Positions 43,851 to 58,800 of a DNA stretch of 64,000 nt are shown piece by piece. Within the stretch, counting starts at the first letter, position 1; every line of letters starts with the position of its first letter. The stretch is from Eledone cirrhosa. Taxonomy: Eukaryota. The translations under genes were made by a program, and so were the position numbers. The notes below the pieces were generated by a model that saw only the letters and a list, made by a program, of their open reading frames with translations, did no database searches and had not been told where the DNA came from. The stretch covers positions 28,706,001 through 28,770,000 of the forward strand of contig OZ024747.1 in NCBI GenBank assembly GCA_964016885.1, given 5' to 3'.

Positions 43851-46800
43851 TGGCAGACAGAACAGAATTGTAGACGTAAAACTGACAACATGGTACTACA
43901 GTGGTAGATAGAATAGTATTGTAGATGTAAAACTGACAACATGGTACTACAGTGGTAGACAGAACAGTTTTGTAGATGTAAAACTGACAACCTTTTACTG
44001 CAGTGGTAGACAGACCAGTATTGTAGATGTAAAACAGACAACATGATACTACAGTGGTAGACAGAACAGTATTGTAGATGTAAAACTGACAACATGGTAC
44101 TACAGTGGCAGACAGAACAGTATTGTAGATGTAAAACTGACAACATGATACTACGGTGGGAGACAAACCACTACTGTAGATGTAAAACTGACAACATGAT
44201 ACTACAGTGGTAGACAGAACAGTATTGTAGATGTAAAATTGACAACATGGTACTACAGTGGCAGACAGAATAGAATTGTAGATGTAAAACTGACAACATG
44301 GTACTACAGTGGCAGACAGAACAGTATTGTAGATGTAAAACTTACAACATGGTACTACAGTGGCAGACAGAACAGTATTGTAGATGTAAAACTGACAACA
44401 TGGTACTACAGTGGCAGACAGAACAGTATTGTAGAAGTAAAACTGACAAAACATAGTACTACAGTGGTAGACAGAACAGTATAGTAGATGTAAAATAGAC
44501 AACATGATACTACAGTGGTAGACAGAACAGTATTGTAGATGTAAAATTCACAACATGGTACTACATTGGCAGACAGAACAGTATTGTAGATGTAAAACTG
44601 ACAACATTGTACTACAGTGGCAGACAGAACAGTATTGTAGATGTAAAACTGACAACATGGTACTAAAGTGGTAGACAGACAACTACTGTAGATGTAAAAC
44701 TGACAACATGGTACTACAGTGGCAGACAGAACAATATTGTAGATGTAAAACTGACAACATGATACTAGAGTGGTAGACAGAACAGAATTGTAGATGTAAA
44801 AATGACAACATGGTACTACAGTGGTAGACAGAACAGTATTGTAGATGTAAATCTGACAACATGATATGACAGTGGTAGACAGGTAGACAGACCAGTATTG
44901 TAGATGTAAAACAGACAACATGGTACTACAGTGGTAGACAGTACAGTATTGTAGATATAAAATTGACAATATGGTACTACAGTGGCAGACAGAGCAGTAC
45001 TGTAGATGTAAAACTGACAACATGGTACTACACTGGCAGACAGAACAGTATTGTAGATGTAAAATTGACAACATTGTACTACAGTGGCAGACAGAACAGT
45101 ATTGTAGATGTAAAACTGACAACATGGTACTACAGTGGCAGACAGAACAGTATTGTAGATGTAAAACTAACAACATGGTGCTACAGTGGTAGACAGAATA
45201 GTATTCTAGATGTAAAACTGACAACATGATACTACAGTGGTAGACAGAACAATATTGTAGATGTAAAATTAACAACATAGTACTTCAGTGGTAGACAGAA
45301 CACTCTTGTAGATGTAAAACTGACAACATGATACTACAGTGGTAGACAGAACAGTATTATAGATGTAAAACTGACAAATAGTACTACAGTGGCAGACAGA
45401 ACAGTATTTTAGATGTAAAACTGACAACATGGTACTACAGTGGCAGACAGAACAGTATTGTAGATGTAAAACTGACAACATGGTACTACAGTGGCAGACA
45501 GAACAGTATTGTAGATGTAAAACTGACAACATAGTACTACAGTGGTAGACAGAACAGTATAGTAGATGTAAAACTGACAACATGATACTACAGTGGTAGA
45601 TAGAATAGTATTGTAGATGTAAAACTGACAACATGATACTACAGTGGTAGACAGAACAGTATTGTAGATGTAAAATTGAATACATGGTACTACAGTGGCA
45701 GACAGAATAGTATTGTAGATGTAAAACTGACACCATGGTACTACAGTGGCAGACAGAACAGTATTGTAGATGTAAAACTGACAACATGGTACTACAGTGG
45801 CAGACAGAACAGTATTGTAGATGTAAAACTGACAACATTTTACTGCAGTGGTAGACAGACCAGTATTGTAGATGTAAAACAGACAACATGATACTACAGT
45901 GGTACACAGAACAGTATTGTAGATGTAGAACTGACAACACGGTACTACAGTGGCAGACAGAACAGTATTGTAGATGTAAAACTGACAACATGACACTACG
46001 GTGGTAGACAAACCACTACTGTAGATGTAAAACTGACAACATGATACTACAGTGGTAGACAGAATAGTATTGTAGATGTAAAATTGACAACATGGTACTA
46101 CAGTGGCAGACAGAACAGTATTGTAGATGTAAAACTGACAACATGATACTACAGTGGTAGACAGAACAGTACTGTAGATGTAAAACTGACAACATGGTAC
46201 TAAAGTGGTAGACAGACAACTACTGTAGATGTAAAACTGCCAACATGGTACTACAGTAGCAGACAGAACAGTATTGTAGATGTAAAATTGACAACATGGT
46301 ACTACAGTGGCAGACAGAACAGTACTGTAGATGTAAAACTGATAACATGGTACTACAGTGGTAGACAGAATAGTATTGTAGATGTAAAATTGACAACATG
46401 GTACTACAGTGGCAGACAGAACAGTATTGTAGATGTAAAACTGACAACATGATACTACAGTGGTAGACAGAACAGTACTGTAGATGTACAACTGACAACA
46501 TGGTACTACATTGGCAGACAGAACAGTATTGTAGATGTAAAACTGACAACATGGTACTACAGTGGCAGACAGAACAGTACTGTAGATGTAAAACTGACAA
46601 CATGGTACTACAGTGGCAGACAGAATAGTATTGTAGATGTAAAACTGACAACATGATACTACAGTGGTAGACAGAACAGTATTGTAGATGTAAAATTGAC
46701 AACATGGTACTACAGTGGCAGACAGAATAGTATTGTAGATGTAAAATTGACAACATGGTACTACAGTGGTAGACAGAACAGTATTATAGATGTAAAACTG

Positions 46801-49800
46801 ACAAATAGTACTACAGTGGCAGACAGAACAGTATTTTAGATGTAAAACTGACAACATGGTACTACAGTGGCAGACAGAACAGTATTGTAGATGTAAAACT
46901 GACAACATGGTACTACAGTGGCAGACAGAACAGTATTGTAGATGTAAAACTGACAACATAGTACTACAGTGGTAGACAGAACAGTATAGTAGATGTAAAA
47001 CTGACAACATGATACTACAGTGGTAGATAGAATAGTATTGTAGATGTAAAACTGACAACATGATACTACAGTGGTAGACAGAACAGTATTGTAGATGTAA
47101 AATTGAATACATGGTACTACAGTGGCAGACAGAATAGTATTGTAGATGTAAAACTGACACCATGGTACTACAGTGGCAGACAGAACAGTATTGTAGATGT
47201 AAAACTGACAACATGGTACTGCAGTGGCAGACAGAACAGTATTGTAGATGTAAAACTGACAACATAGTACTACAGTGGTAGACAGAACAGTATAGTAGAC
47301 GTAAAACTGACAACATGATACTACAGTGGTAGATAGAACAGAATTGTAGATGTAAAACTGACAACATGGTACTACAGTGGTAGATAGAATAGTATTGTAG
47401 ATGTAAAACTGACAACATGGTACTACAGTGGTAGACAGAACAGTATTGTAGATGTAAAACTGACAACATTTTACTGCAGTGGTAGACAGACCAGTATTGT
47501 AGATGTAAAACAGACAACATGATACTACAGTGGTACACAGAACAGTATTGTAGATGTAGAACTGACAACACGGTACTACAGTGGCAGACAGAACAGTATT
47601 GTAGATGTAAAACTGACAACATGACACTACGGTGGTAGACAAACCACTACTGTAGATGTAAAACTGACAACATGATACTACAGTGGTAGACAGAACAGTA
47701 TTGTAGATGTAAAACTGACAACATGGTACTACAGTGGCAGACAGAACAGTACTGTAGATGTAAAACTGACAACATGGTACTACAGTGGTAGACAGAACAG
47801 TATTGTAGATGTAAAACTGACAACATGGTACTACAGTGGTACACAGAACAGTATTGTAAATGTAAAACTGACAACATGGTACTAAAGTGGTAGACAGACA
47901 ACTACTGTAGATGTAAAACTGCCAACATGGTACTACAGTAGCAGACAGAACAGTATTGTAGATGTAAAATTGACAACATGGTACTACAGTGGCAGACAGA
48001 ACAGTACTGCAGATGTAAAACTGATAACATGGTACTACAGTGGTAGACAGAATAGTATTGTAGATGTAAAATTGACAACATGGTACTACAGTGGCAGACA
48101 GAACAGTATTGTAGATGTAAAACTGACAACATGATACTACAGTGGTAGACAGAACAGTACTGTAGATGTACAACTGACAACATGGTACTACATTGGCAGA
48201 CAGAACAGTATTGTAGATGTAAAACTGACAACATGGTACTACAGTGGCAGACAGAACAGTACTGTAGATGTAAAACTGACAACATGGTACTACAGTGGCA
48301 GACAGAATAGTATTGTAGATGTAAAACTGACAACATGATGCTACAGTGGTAGACAGAACAATATTGTAGATGTAAAACTAACAACATAGTACTTCAGTGG
48401 TAGACAGAACACTCTTGTAGATGTAAAACTGACAACATGGTACTACAGTGGCAGACAGAACAGTATTGTAGATGTAAAACTGACAAATAGTACTACAGTG
48501 GCAGACAGAACAGTATTTTAGATGTAAAACTGACAACATGGTACTACAGTGGCAGACAGTACAATATTGCAGATGTAAAACTGACAACATGGTACTACAG
48601 TGGCAGACAGAACAGTATTGTAGATGTAAAACTGACAACATGGTACTACAGTGGCAGGCAGAACAGTATTGTAGATGTAAAACTGAAAACATGATACTAC
48701 AGTGGTAGACAGAACAGTATTGTAGATGTAAAATTGACAACATGGTACTACAGTGGCAGACAGAATAGTATTGTAGATGTAAAATTGACAACATGGTACT
48801 ACAGTGGCAGACAGAACAGTATTGTAGATGTAAAACTGACAACATGATACTACAGTGGCAGACAGAACAGTATTGTAGATGTAAAACTGACAACATGGTA
48901 CTACAGTGGCAGACAGAACAGTATTGTAGATGTAAAACTGACAACATGGTACTACAGTGGCAGACAGAACAGTATTGTAGATGTAAAACTGACAACATGG
49001 TGCTACAGTGGCAGACAGAACAGTATTGTAGATGTAAAACTGACAACATGGTACTACAGTGGCAGACAGAACAGTATTGTAGATGTAAAATTCGACAACA
49101 TGGTACTACAGTGGCAGACAGAACAGTATTGAAGATGTAAAACTGACAACATGATACTACAGTGGTAGACAGAACAGTATTATAGATGTAAAACTGACAA
49201 CATGGTACTACAGTGGCAGATAGAACAGTATTATAAATGTGAAACTGACAACATGGTACTACAGTGGCAGACAGAACAGTATTGTAGATGTAAAACTGAC
49301 AACATGGTACAACAGTGGCAGACAGAACAGTATTGTAGATGTAAAACTTACAACATGATACTACAGTGGCTGACAGAACAGTATTGTAGATGTAAAACTG
49401 ACAACATGGTACTACAGTGGCAGACAGAACAGTATTGTAGATGTAAAACTGACAACATGGTACTACAGTGGCAGACAGAACAGTATTGTAGATGTAAAAC
49501 TGACAACATGGTACTACAGTGGCAGACAGAACAGTATTGTAGATGTAAAACTGACAACATGGTACTACAGTGGCAGACAGAACAGTATTGTAGATGTAAA
49601 ATTCGACAACATGGTACTACAGTGGCAGACAGAACAGTATTGAAGATGTAAAATTGACAACATGGTACTACAGTGGTAGACAGAACAATATTGTAGATGT
49701 AAAACTGACATGATACTACAGTGGCAGACAGAACAGTATTGTAGATGTAAAACTGACAACATGACACTACAGTGGTAGACAGAACAGTATTGTAGATGTA

Positions 49801-52800
49801 AAACTGAGAACATGGTGCTACAGTGGCAGACAGAACAGTATTGTAGATGTAAAACTGACAACATGATAATACAGTGGTAGACAGAACAGTATTGTAGATG
49901 TAAAACTGACAACATGTTACTACAGTGGCAGACAGAACAGTATTGTAGATGTAAAACTGACAATATGGTACTATAGTGGCAAAGAGAACAGTATTGTAGA
50001 TGTAAAACTGACAACATGGTACTACAGTGGCAGACAGAACAGTACTGTAGATGTAAAACTGACAACATGGTACTACAGTGGCAGACAGAACAGTACTGTA
50101 GATGTAAAACTGACAACATGGTACTACAGTGGTAGACAGAACAGTATTGTAGATGTAAAACTGACAACATGGTACTACAGTGGTACACAGAACAGTATTG
50201 TAGATGTAAAACTGACAACATGGTACTAAAGTGGTAGACAGACAACTACTGTAGATGTAAAACTGCCAACATGGTACTACAGTGGCAGACAGAACAGTAT
50301 TGTAGATGTAAAATTGACAACATGGTACTACAGTGGCAGACAGAACAGTACAGTAGATGTAAAACTGACAACATGGTACTACAGTGGTAGACAGAATAGT
50401 ATTGTAGATGTAAAATTGACAACATGGTACTGCAGTGGCACACAGAACAGTATTGTAGATGTAAAACTGACAACATGATACTAAAGTGGTAGACATAACA
50501 GTATTGTAGATGTAAAATTGACAACATGGTACTACATTGGCAGACAGAACAGTATAGTAGATGTAAAACTGACAACATGGTACTACAGTGGCAGACAGAA
50601 CAGTATTGTAGATGTAAAACTGACAACATGGTACTACAGTGGCAGACAGAGTAGTATTGTAGATGTAAAACTGACAACATGATACTACAGTGGTAGACAG
50701 AACAATATTGTAGATGTAAAACTAACAACATAGTACTTCAGTGGTAGACAGAACACTCTTGTAGATGTAAAACTGACAACATGGTACTACAGTGGCAGAC
50801 AGAACAGTATTGTAGATGTAAAACTGACAAATAGTACTACAGTGGCAGACAGAACAGTATTTTAGATGTAAAACTGACAACATGGTACTACAGTGGCAGA
50901 CAGTACAATATTGCAGATGTAAAACTGACAACATGGTACTACAGTGGCAGACAGAACAGTATTGTAGATGTAAAACTGACAACATGGAACTACAGTGGCA
51001 GGCAGAACAGTATTGTAGATGTAAAACTGAAAACATGATACTACAGTGGTAGACAGAACAGTATTGTAGATGTAAAATTGACAACATGGTACTACAGTGG
51101 CAGACAAAACAGTATTATAAATGTGAAACTGACAACATGGTACTACAGTGGCAGACAGAACAGTATTGTAGATGTAAAACTGACAACATGGTACAACGGT
51201 GGCAGACAGAACAGTATTGTAGATGTAAAACTGACAACATGATACTACAGTGGCAGACAGAACAGTATTGTAGATGTAAAACTGAAAACATGGTACTACA
51301 GTGGCAGACAGAACAGTATTGTAGATGTAAAACTGACAACATGGTACTACAGTGGCAGACAGAACAGTATTGTAGATGTAAAACTGACAACATGGTACTA
51401 CAGTGGCAGACAGAACAGTATTGTAGATGTAAAACTGACAACATGGTACTACAGTGGCAGACAGAACAGTATTGTAGATGTAAAATTCGACAACATGGTA
51501 CTACAGTGGCAGACAGAACAGTATTGAAGATGTAAAACTGACAACATGATACTACAGTGGTAGACAGAACAGTATTATAGATGTAAAACTGACAACATGG
51601 TACTACAGTGGCAGACAGAACAGTATTGTAGATGTAAAACTGACAACATGGTACTACAGTGGCAGACAGAACAGTATTGAAGATGTAAAACAGACAACAT
51701 GATACTACAGTGGCAAACAGAACAGTATTGTAGATGTAAAACTGACAACATGGTACTACAGTGGTAGACAGAACAGTATTATAGATGTAAAACTGACAAT
51801 ATGGTACTACAGTGGCAGACAGAACAGTATTGTAGATGTAAAACTGACTACATAGTACTACAGTGGCAGACAAAACAGTATTTTAGATGTAAAATTGACA
51901 ACATGCTACTACAGTGGTAGACAGAACTATATTGTAGATGTAAAACTGACAACATGATACTACAGTGGCAGACAGAACAGTATTGTAGATGTAAAACTGA
52001 CAACATGACACTACAGTGGTAGACAGAACAGTATTGTAGATGTAAAACTGAGAACATGGTGCTACAGTGGCAGACAGAACAGTATTGTAGATGTAAAACT
52101 GACAACATGATAATACAGTGGTAGACAGAACAGTATTGTAGATGTAAAACTGACAACATGGTAGTACAGTGGCAGACAGAACAGTATTGTAGATGTAAAA
52201 CTGACAATATGGTACTATAGTGGCAAAGAGAACAGTATTGTAGATGTAAAACTGACAACATGGTACTACAGTGGCAGACAGAACAGTACTGTAGATGTAA
52301 AACTGACAACATGGTACTACAGTGGTAGACAGAACAGTATTGTAGATGTAAAACTGACAACATGGTACTACAGTGGTACACAGAACAGTATTGTAGATGT
52401 AAAACTGACAACATGGTACTAAAGTGGTAGACAGACAACTACTGTAGATGTAAAACTGCCAACATGGTACTACAGTGGCAGACAGAACAGTATTGTAGAT
52501 GTAAAATTGACAACATGGTACTACAGTGGCAGACAGAACAGTACAGTAGATGTAAAACTGACAACATGGTACTACAGTGGTAGACAGAATAGTATTGTAG
52601 ATGTAAAATTGACAACATGGTACTGCAGTGGCACACAGAACAGTATTGTAGATGTAAAACTGACAACATGATACTAAAGTGGTAGACATAACAGTATTGT
52701 AGATGTAAAATTGACAACATGGTACTACATTGGCAGACAGAACAGAATTCTAGACGTAAAACTGACAACATGGTACTACAGTGGTAGATAGAATAGTATT

Positions 52801-55800
52801 GTAGATGTAAAACTGACAACATGGTACTACAGTGGTAGACAGAACAGTTTTGTAGATGTAAAACTGACAACCTTTTACTGCAGTGGTAGACAGACCAGTA
52901 TTGTAGATGTAAAACAGACAACATGATACTACAGTGGTAGACAGAACAGTATTGTAGATGTAAAACTGACAACATGGTACTACAGTGGCAGACAGAACAG
53001 TATTGTAGATGTAAAACTGACAACATGATACTACGGTGGGAGACAAACCACTACTGTAGATGTAAAACTGACAACATGATACTACAGTGGTAGACAGAAC
53101 AGTATTGTAGATGTAAAATTGACAACATGGTACTACAGTGGCAGACAGAATAGAATTGTAGATGTAAAACTGACAACATGGTACTACAGTGGCAGACAGA
53201 ACAGTATTGTAGATGTAAAACTTACAACATGGTACTACAGTGGCAGACAGAACAGTATTGTAGATGTAAAACTGACAACATGGTACTACAGTGGCAGACA
53301 GAACAGTATTGTAGAAGTAAAACTGACAAAACATAGTACTACAGTGGTAGACAGAACAGTATAGTAGATGTAAAATAGACAACATGATACTACAGTGGTA
53401 GACAGAACAGTATTGTAGATGTAAAATTCACAACATGGTACTACATTGGCAGACAGAACAGTATTGTAGATGTAAAACTGACAACATTGTACTACAGTGG
53501 CAGACAGAACAGTATTGTAGATGTAAAACTGACAACATGGTACTAAAGTGGTAGACAGACAACTACTGTAGATGTAAAACTGACAACATGGTACTACAGT
53601 GGCAGACAGAACAATATTGTAGATGTAAAACTGACAACATGATACTAGAGTGGTAGACAGAACAGAATTGTAGATGTAAAAATGACAACATGGTACTACA
53701 GTGGTAGACAGAACAGTATTGTAGATGTAAATCTGACAACATGATATGACAGTGGTAGACAGGTAGACAGACCAGTATTGTAGATGTAAAACAGACAACA
53801 TGGTACTACAGTGGTAGACAGTACAGTATTGTAGATATAAAATTGACAATATGGTACTACAGTGGCAGACAGAGCAGTACTGTAGATGTAAAACTGACAA
53901 CATGGTACTACACTGGCAGACAGAACAGTATTGTAGATGTAAAATTGACAACATTGTACTACAGTGGCAGACAGAACAGTATTGTAGATGTAAAACTGAC
54001 AACATGGTACTACAGTGGCAGACAGAACAGTATTGTAGATGTAAAACTAACAACATGGTGCTACAGTGGTAGACAGAATAGTATTCTAGATGTAAAACTG
54101 ACAACATGATACTACAGTGGTAGACAGAACAATATTGTAGATGTAAAATTAACAACATAGTACTTCAGTGGTAGACAGAACACTCTTGTAGATGTAAAAC
54201 TGACAACATGATACTACAGTGGTAGACAGAACAGTATTATAGATGTAAAACTGACAAATAGTACTACAGTGGCAGACAGAACAGTATTTTAGATGTAAAA
54301 CTGACAACATGGTACTACAGTGGCAGACAGAACAGTATTGTAGATGTAAAACTGACAACATGGTACTACAGTGGCAGACAGAACAGTATTGTAGATGTAA
54401 AACTGACAACATAGTACTACAGTGGTAGACAGAACAGTATAGTAGATGTAAAACTGACAACATGATACTACAGTGGTAGATAGAATAGTATTGTAGATGT
54501 AAAACTGACAACATGATACTACAGTGGTAGACAGAACAGTATTGTAGATGTAAAATTGAATACATGGTACTACAGTGGCAGACAGAATAGTATTGTAGAT
54601 GTAAAACTGACACCATGGTACTACAGTGGCAGACAGAACAGTATTGTAGATGTAAAACTGACAACATGGTACTACAGTGGCAGACAGAACAGTATTGTAG
54701 ATGTAAAACTGACAACATTTTACTGCAGTGGTAGACAGACCAGTATTGTAGATGTAAAACAGACAACATGATACTACAGTGGTACACAGAACAGTATTGT
54801 AGATGTAGAACTGACAACACGGTACTACAGTGGCAGACAGAACAGTATTGTAGATGTAAAACTGACAACATGACACTACGGTGGTAGACAAACCACTACT
54901 GTAGATGTAAAACTGACAACATGATACTACAGTGGTAGACAGAATAGTATTGTAGATGTAAAATTGACAACATGGTACTACAGTGGCAGACAGAACAGTA
55001 TTGTAGATGTAAAACTGACAACATGATACTACAGTGGTAGACAGAACAGTACTGTAGATGTAAAACTGACAACATGGTACTAAAGTGGTAGACAGACAAC
55101 TACTGTAGATGTAAAACTGCCAACATGGTACTACAGTAGCAGACAGAACAGTATTGTAGATGTAAAATTGACAACATGGTACTACAGTGGCAGACAGAAC
55201 AGTACTGTAGATGTAAAACTGATAACATGGTACTACAGTGGTAGACAGAATAGTATTGTAGATGTAAAATTGACAACATGGTACTACAGTGGCAGACAGA
55301 ACAGTATTGTAGATGTAAAACTGACAACATGATACTACAGTGGTAGACAGAACAGTACTGTAGATGTACAACTGACAACATGGTACTACATTGGCAGACA
55401 GAACAGTATTGTAGATGTAAAACTGACAACATGGTACTACAGTGGCAGACAGAACAGTACTGTAGATGTAAAACTGACAACATGGTACTACAGTGGCAGA
55501 CAGAATAGTATTGTAGATGTAAAACTGACAACATGATACTACAGTGGTAGACAGAACAGTATTGTAGATGTAAAATTGACAACATGGTACTACAGTGGCA
55601 GACAGAATAGTATTGTAGATGTAAAATTGACAACATGGTACTACAGTGGTAGACAGAACAGTATTATAGATGTAAAACTGACAAATAGTACTACAGTGGC
55701 AGACAGAACAGTATTTTAGATGTAAAACTGACAACATGGTACTACAGTGGCAGACAGAACAGTATTGTAGATGTAAAACTGACAACATGGTACTACAGTG

Positions 55801-58800
55801 GCAGACAGAACAGTATTGTAGATGTAAAACTGACAACATAGTACTACAGTGGTAGACAGAACAGTATAGTAGATGTAAAACTGACAACATGATACTACAG
55901 TGGTAGATAGAATAGTATTGTAGATGTAAAACTGACAACATGATACTACAGTGGTAGACAGAACAGTATTGTAGATGTAAAATTGAATACATGGTACTAC
56001 AGTGGCAGACAGAATAGTATTGTAGATGTAAAACTGACACCATGGTACTACAGTGGCAGACAGAACAGTATTGTAGATGTAAAACTGACAACATGGTACT
56101 GCAGTGGCAGACAGAACAGTATTGTAGATGTAAAACTGACAACATAGTACTACAGTGGTAGACAGAACAGTATAGTAGACGTAAAACTGACAACATGATA
56201 CTACAGTGGTAGATAGAACAGAATTGTAGATGTAAAACTGACAACATGGTACTACAGTGGTAGATAGAATAGTATTGTAGATGTAAAACTGACAACATGG
56301 TACTACAGTGGTAGACAGAACAGTATTGTAGATGTAAAACTGACAACATTTTACTGCAGTGGTAGACAGACCAGTATTGTAGATGTAAAACAGACAACAT
56401 GATACTACAGTGGTACACAGAACAGTATTGTAGATGTAGAACTGACAACACGGTACTACAGTGGCAGACAGAACAGTATTGTAGATGTAAAACTGACAAC
56501 ATGACACTACGGTGGTAGACAAACCACTACTGTAGATGTAAAACTGACAACATGATACTACAGTGGTAGACAGAACAGTATTGTAGATGTAAAACTGACA
56601 ACATGGTACTACAGTGGCAGACAGAACAGTACTGTAGATGTAAAACTGACAACATGGTACTACAGTGGTAGACAGAACAGTATTGTAGATGTAAAACTGA
56701 CAACATGGTACTACAGTGGTACACAGAACAGTATTGTAAATGTAAAACTGACAACATGGTACTAAAGTGGTAGACAGACAACTACTGTAGATGTAAAACT
56801 GCCAACATGGTACTACAGTAGCAGACAGAACAGTATTGTAGATGTAAAATTGACAACATGGTACTACAGTGGCAGACAGAACAGTACTGCAGATGTAAAA
56901 CTGATAACATGGTACTACAGTGGTAGACAGAATAGTATTGTAGATGTAAAATTGACAACATGGTACTACAGTGGCAGACAGAACAGTATTGTAGATGTAA
57001 AACTGACAACATGATACTACAGTGGTAGACAGAACAGTACTGTAGATGTACAACTGACAACATGGTACTACATTGGCAGACAGAACAGTATTGTAGATGT
57101 AAAACTGACAACATGGTACTACAGTGGCAGACAGAACAGTACTGTAGATGTAAAACTGACAACATGGTACTACAGTGGCAGACAGAATAGTATTGTAGAT
57201 GTAAAACTGACAACATGATGCTACAGTGGTAGACAGAACAATATTGTAGATGTAAAACTAACAACATAGTACTTCAGTGGTAGACAGAACACTCTTGTAG
57301 ATGTAAAACTGACAACATGGTACTACAGTGGCAGACAGAACAGTATTGTAGATGTAAAACTGACAAATAGTACTACAGTGGCAGACAGAACAGTATTTTA
57401 GATGTAAAACTGACAACATGGTACTACAGTGGCAGACAGTACAATATTGCAGATGTAAAACTGACAACATGGTACTACAGTGGCAGACAGAACAGTATTG
57501 TAGATGTAAAACTGACAACATGGTACTACAGTGGCAGGCAGAACAGTATTGTAGATGTAAAACTGAAAACATGATACTACAGTGGTAGACAGAACAGTAT
57601 TGTAGATGTAAAATTGACAACATGGTACTACAGTGGCAGACAGAACAGTATTGTAGATGTAAAACTGACAACATGATACTACAGTGGCAGACAGAACAGT
57701 ATTGTAGATGTAAAACTGACAACATGGTACTACAGTGGCAGACAGAACAGTATTGTAGATGTAAAACTGACAACATGGTACTACAGTGGCAGACAGAACA
57801 GTATTGTAGATGTAAAACTGACAACATGGTGCTACAGTGGCAGACAGAACAGTATTGTAGATGTAAAACTGACAACATGGTACTACAGTGGCAGACAGAA
57901 CAGTATTGTAGATGTAAAATTCGACAACATGGTACTACAGTGGCAGACAGAACAGTATTGAAGATGTAAAACTGACAACATGATACTACAGTGGTAGACA
58001 GAACAGTATTATAGATGTAAAACTGACAACATGGTACTACAGTGGCAGATAGAACAGTATTATAAATGTGAAACTGACAACATGGTACTACAGTGGCAGA
58101 CAGAACAGTATTGTAGATGTAAAACTGACAACATGGTACAACAGTGGCAGACAGAACAGTATTGTAGATGTAAAACTTACAACATGATACTACAGTGGCT
58201 GACAGAACAGTATTGTAGATGTAAAACTGACAACATGGTACTACAGTGGCAGACAGAACAGTATTGTAGATGTAAAACTGACAACATGGTACTACAGTGG
58301 CAGACAGAACAGTATTGTAGATGTAAAACTGACAACATGGTACTACAGTGGCAGACAGAACAGTATTGTAGATGTAAAACTGACAACATGGTACTACAGT
58401 GGCAGACAGAACAGTATTGTAGATGTAAAATTCGACAACATGGTACTACAGTGGCAGACAGAACAGTATTGAAGATGTAAAATTGACAACATGGTACTAC
58501 AGTGGTAGACAGAACAATATTGTAGATGTAAAACTGACATGATACTACAGTGGCAGACAGAACAGTATTGTAGATGTAAAACTGACAACATGACACTACA
58601 GTGGTAGACAGAACAGTATTGTAGATGTAAAACTGAGAACATGGTGCTACAGTGGCAGACAGAACAGTATTGTAGATGTAAAACTGACAACATGATAATA
58701 CAGTGGTAGACAGAACAGTATTGTAGATGTAAAACTGACAACATGTTACTACAGTGGCAGACAGAACAGTATTGTAGATGTAAAACTGACAATATGGTAC

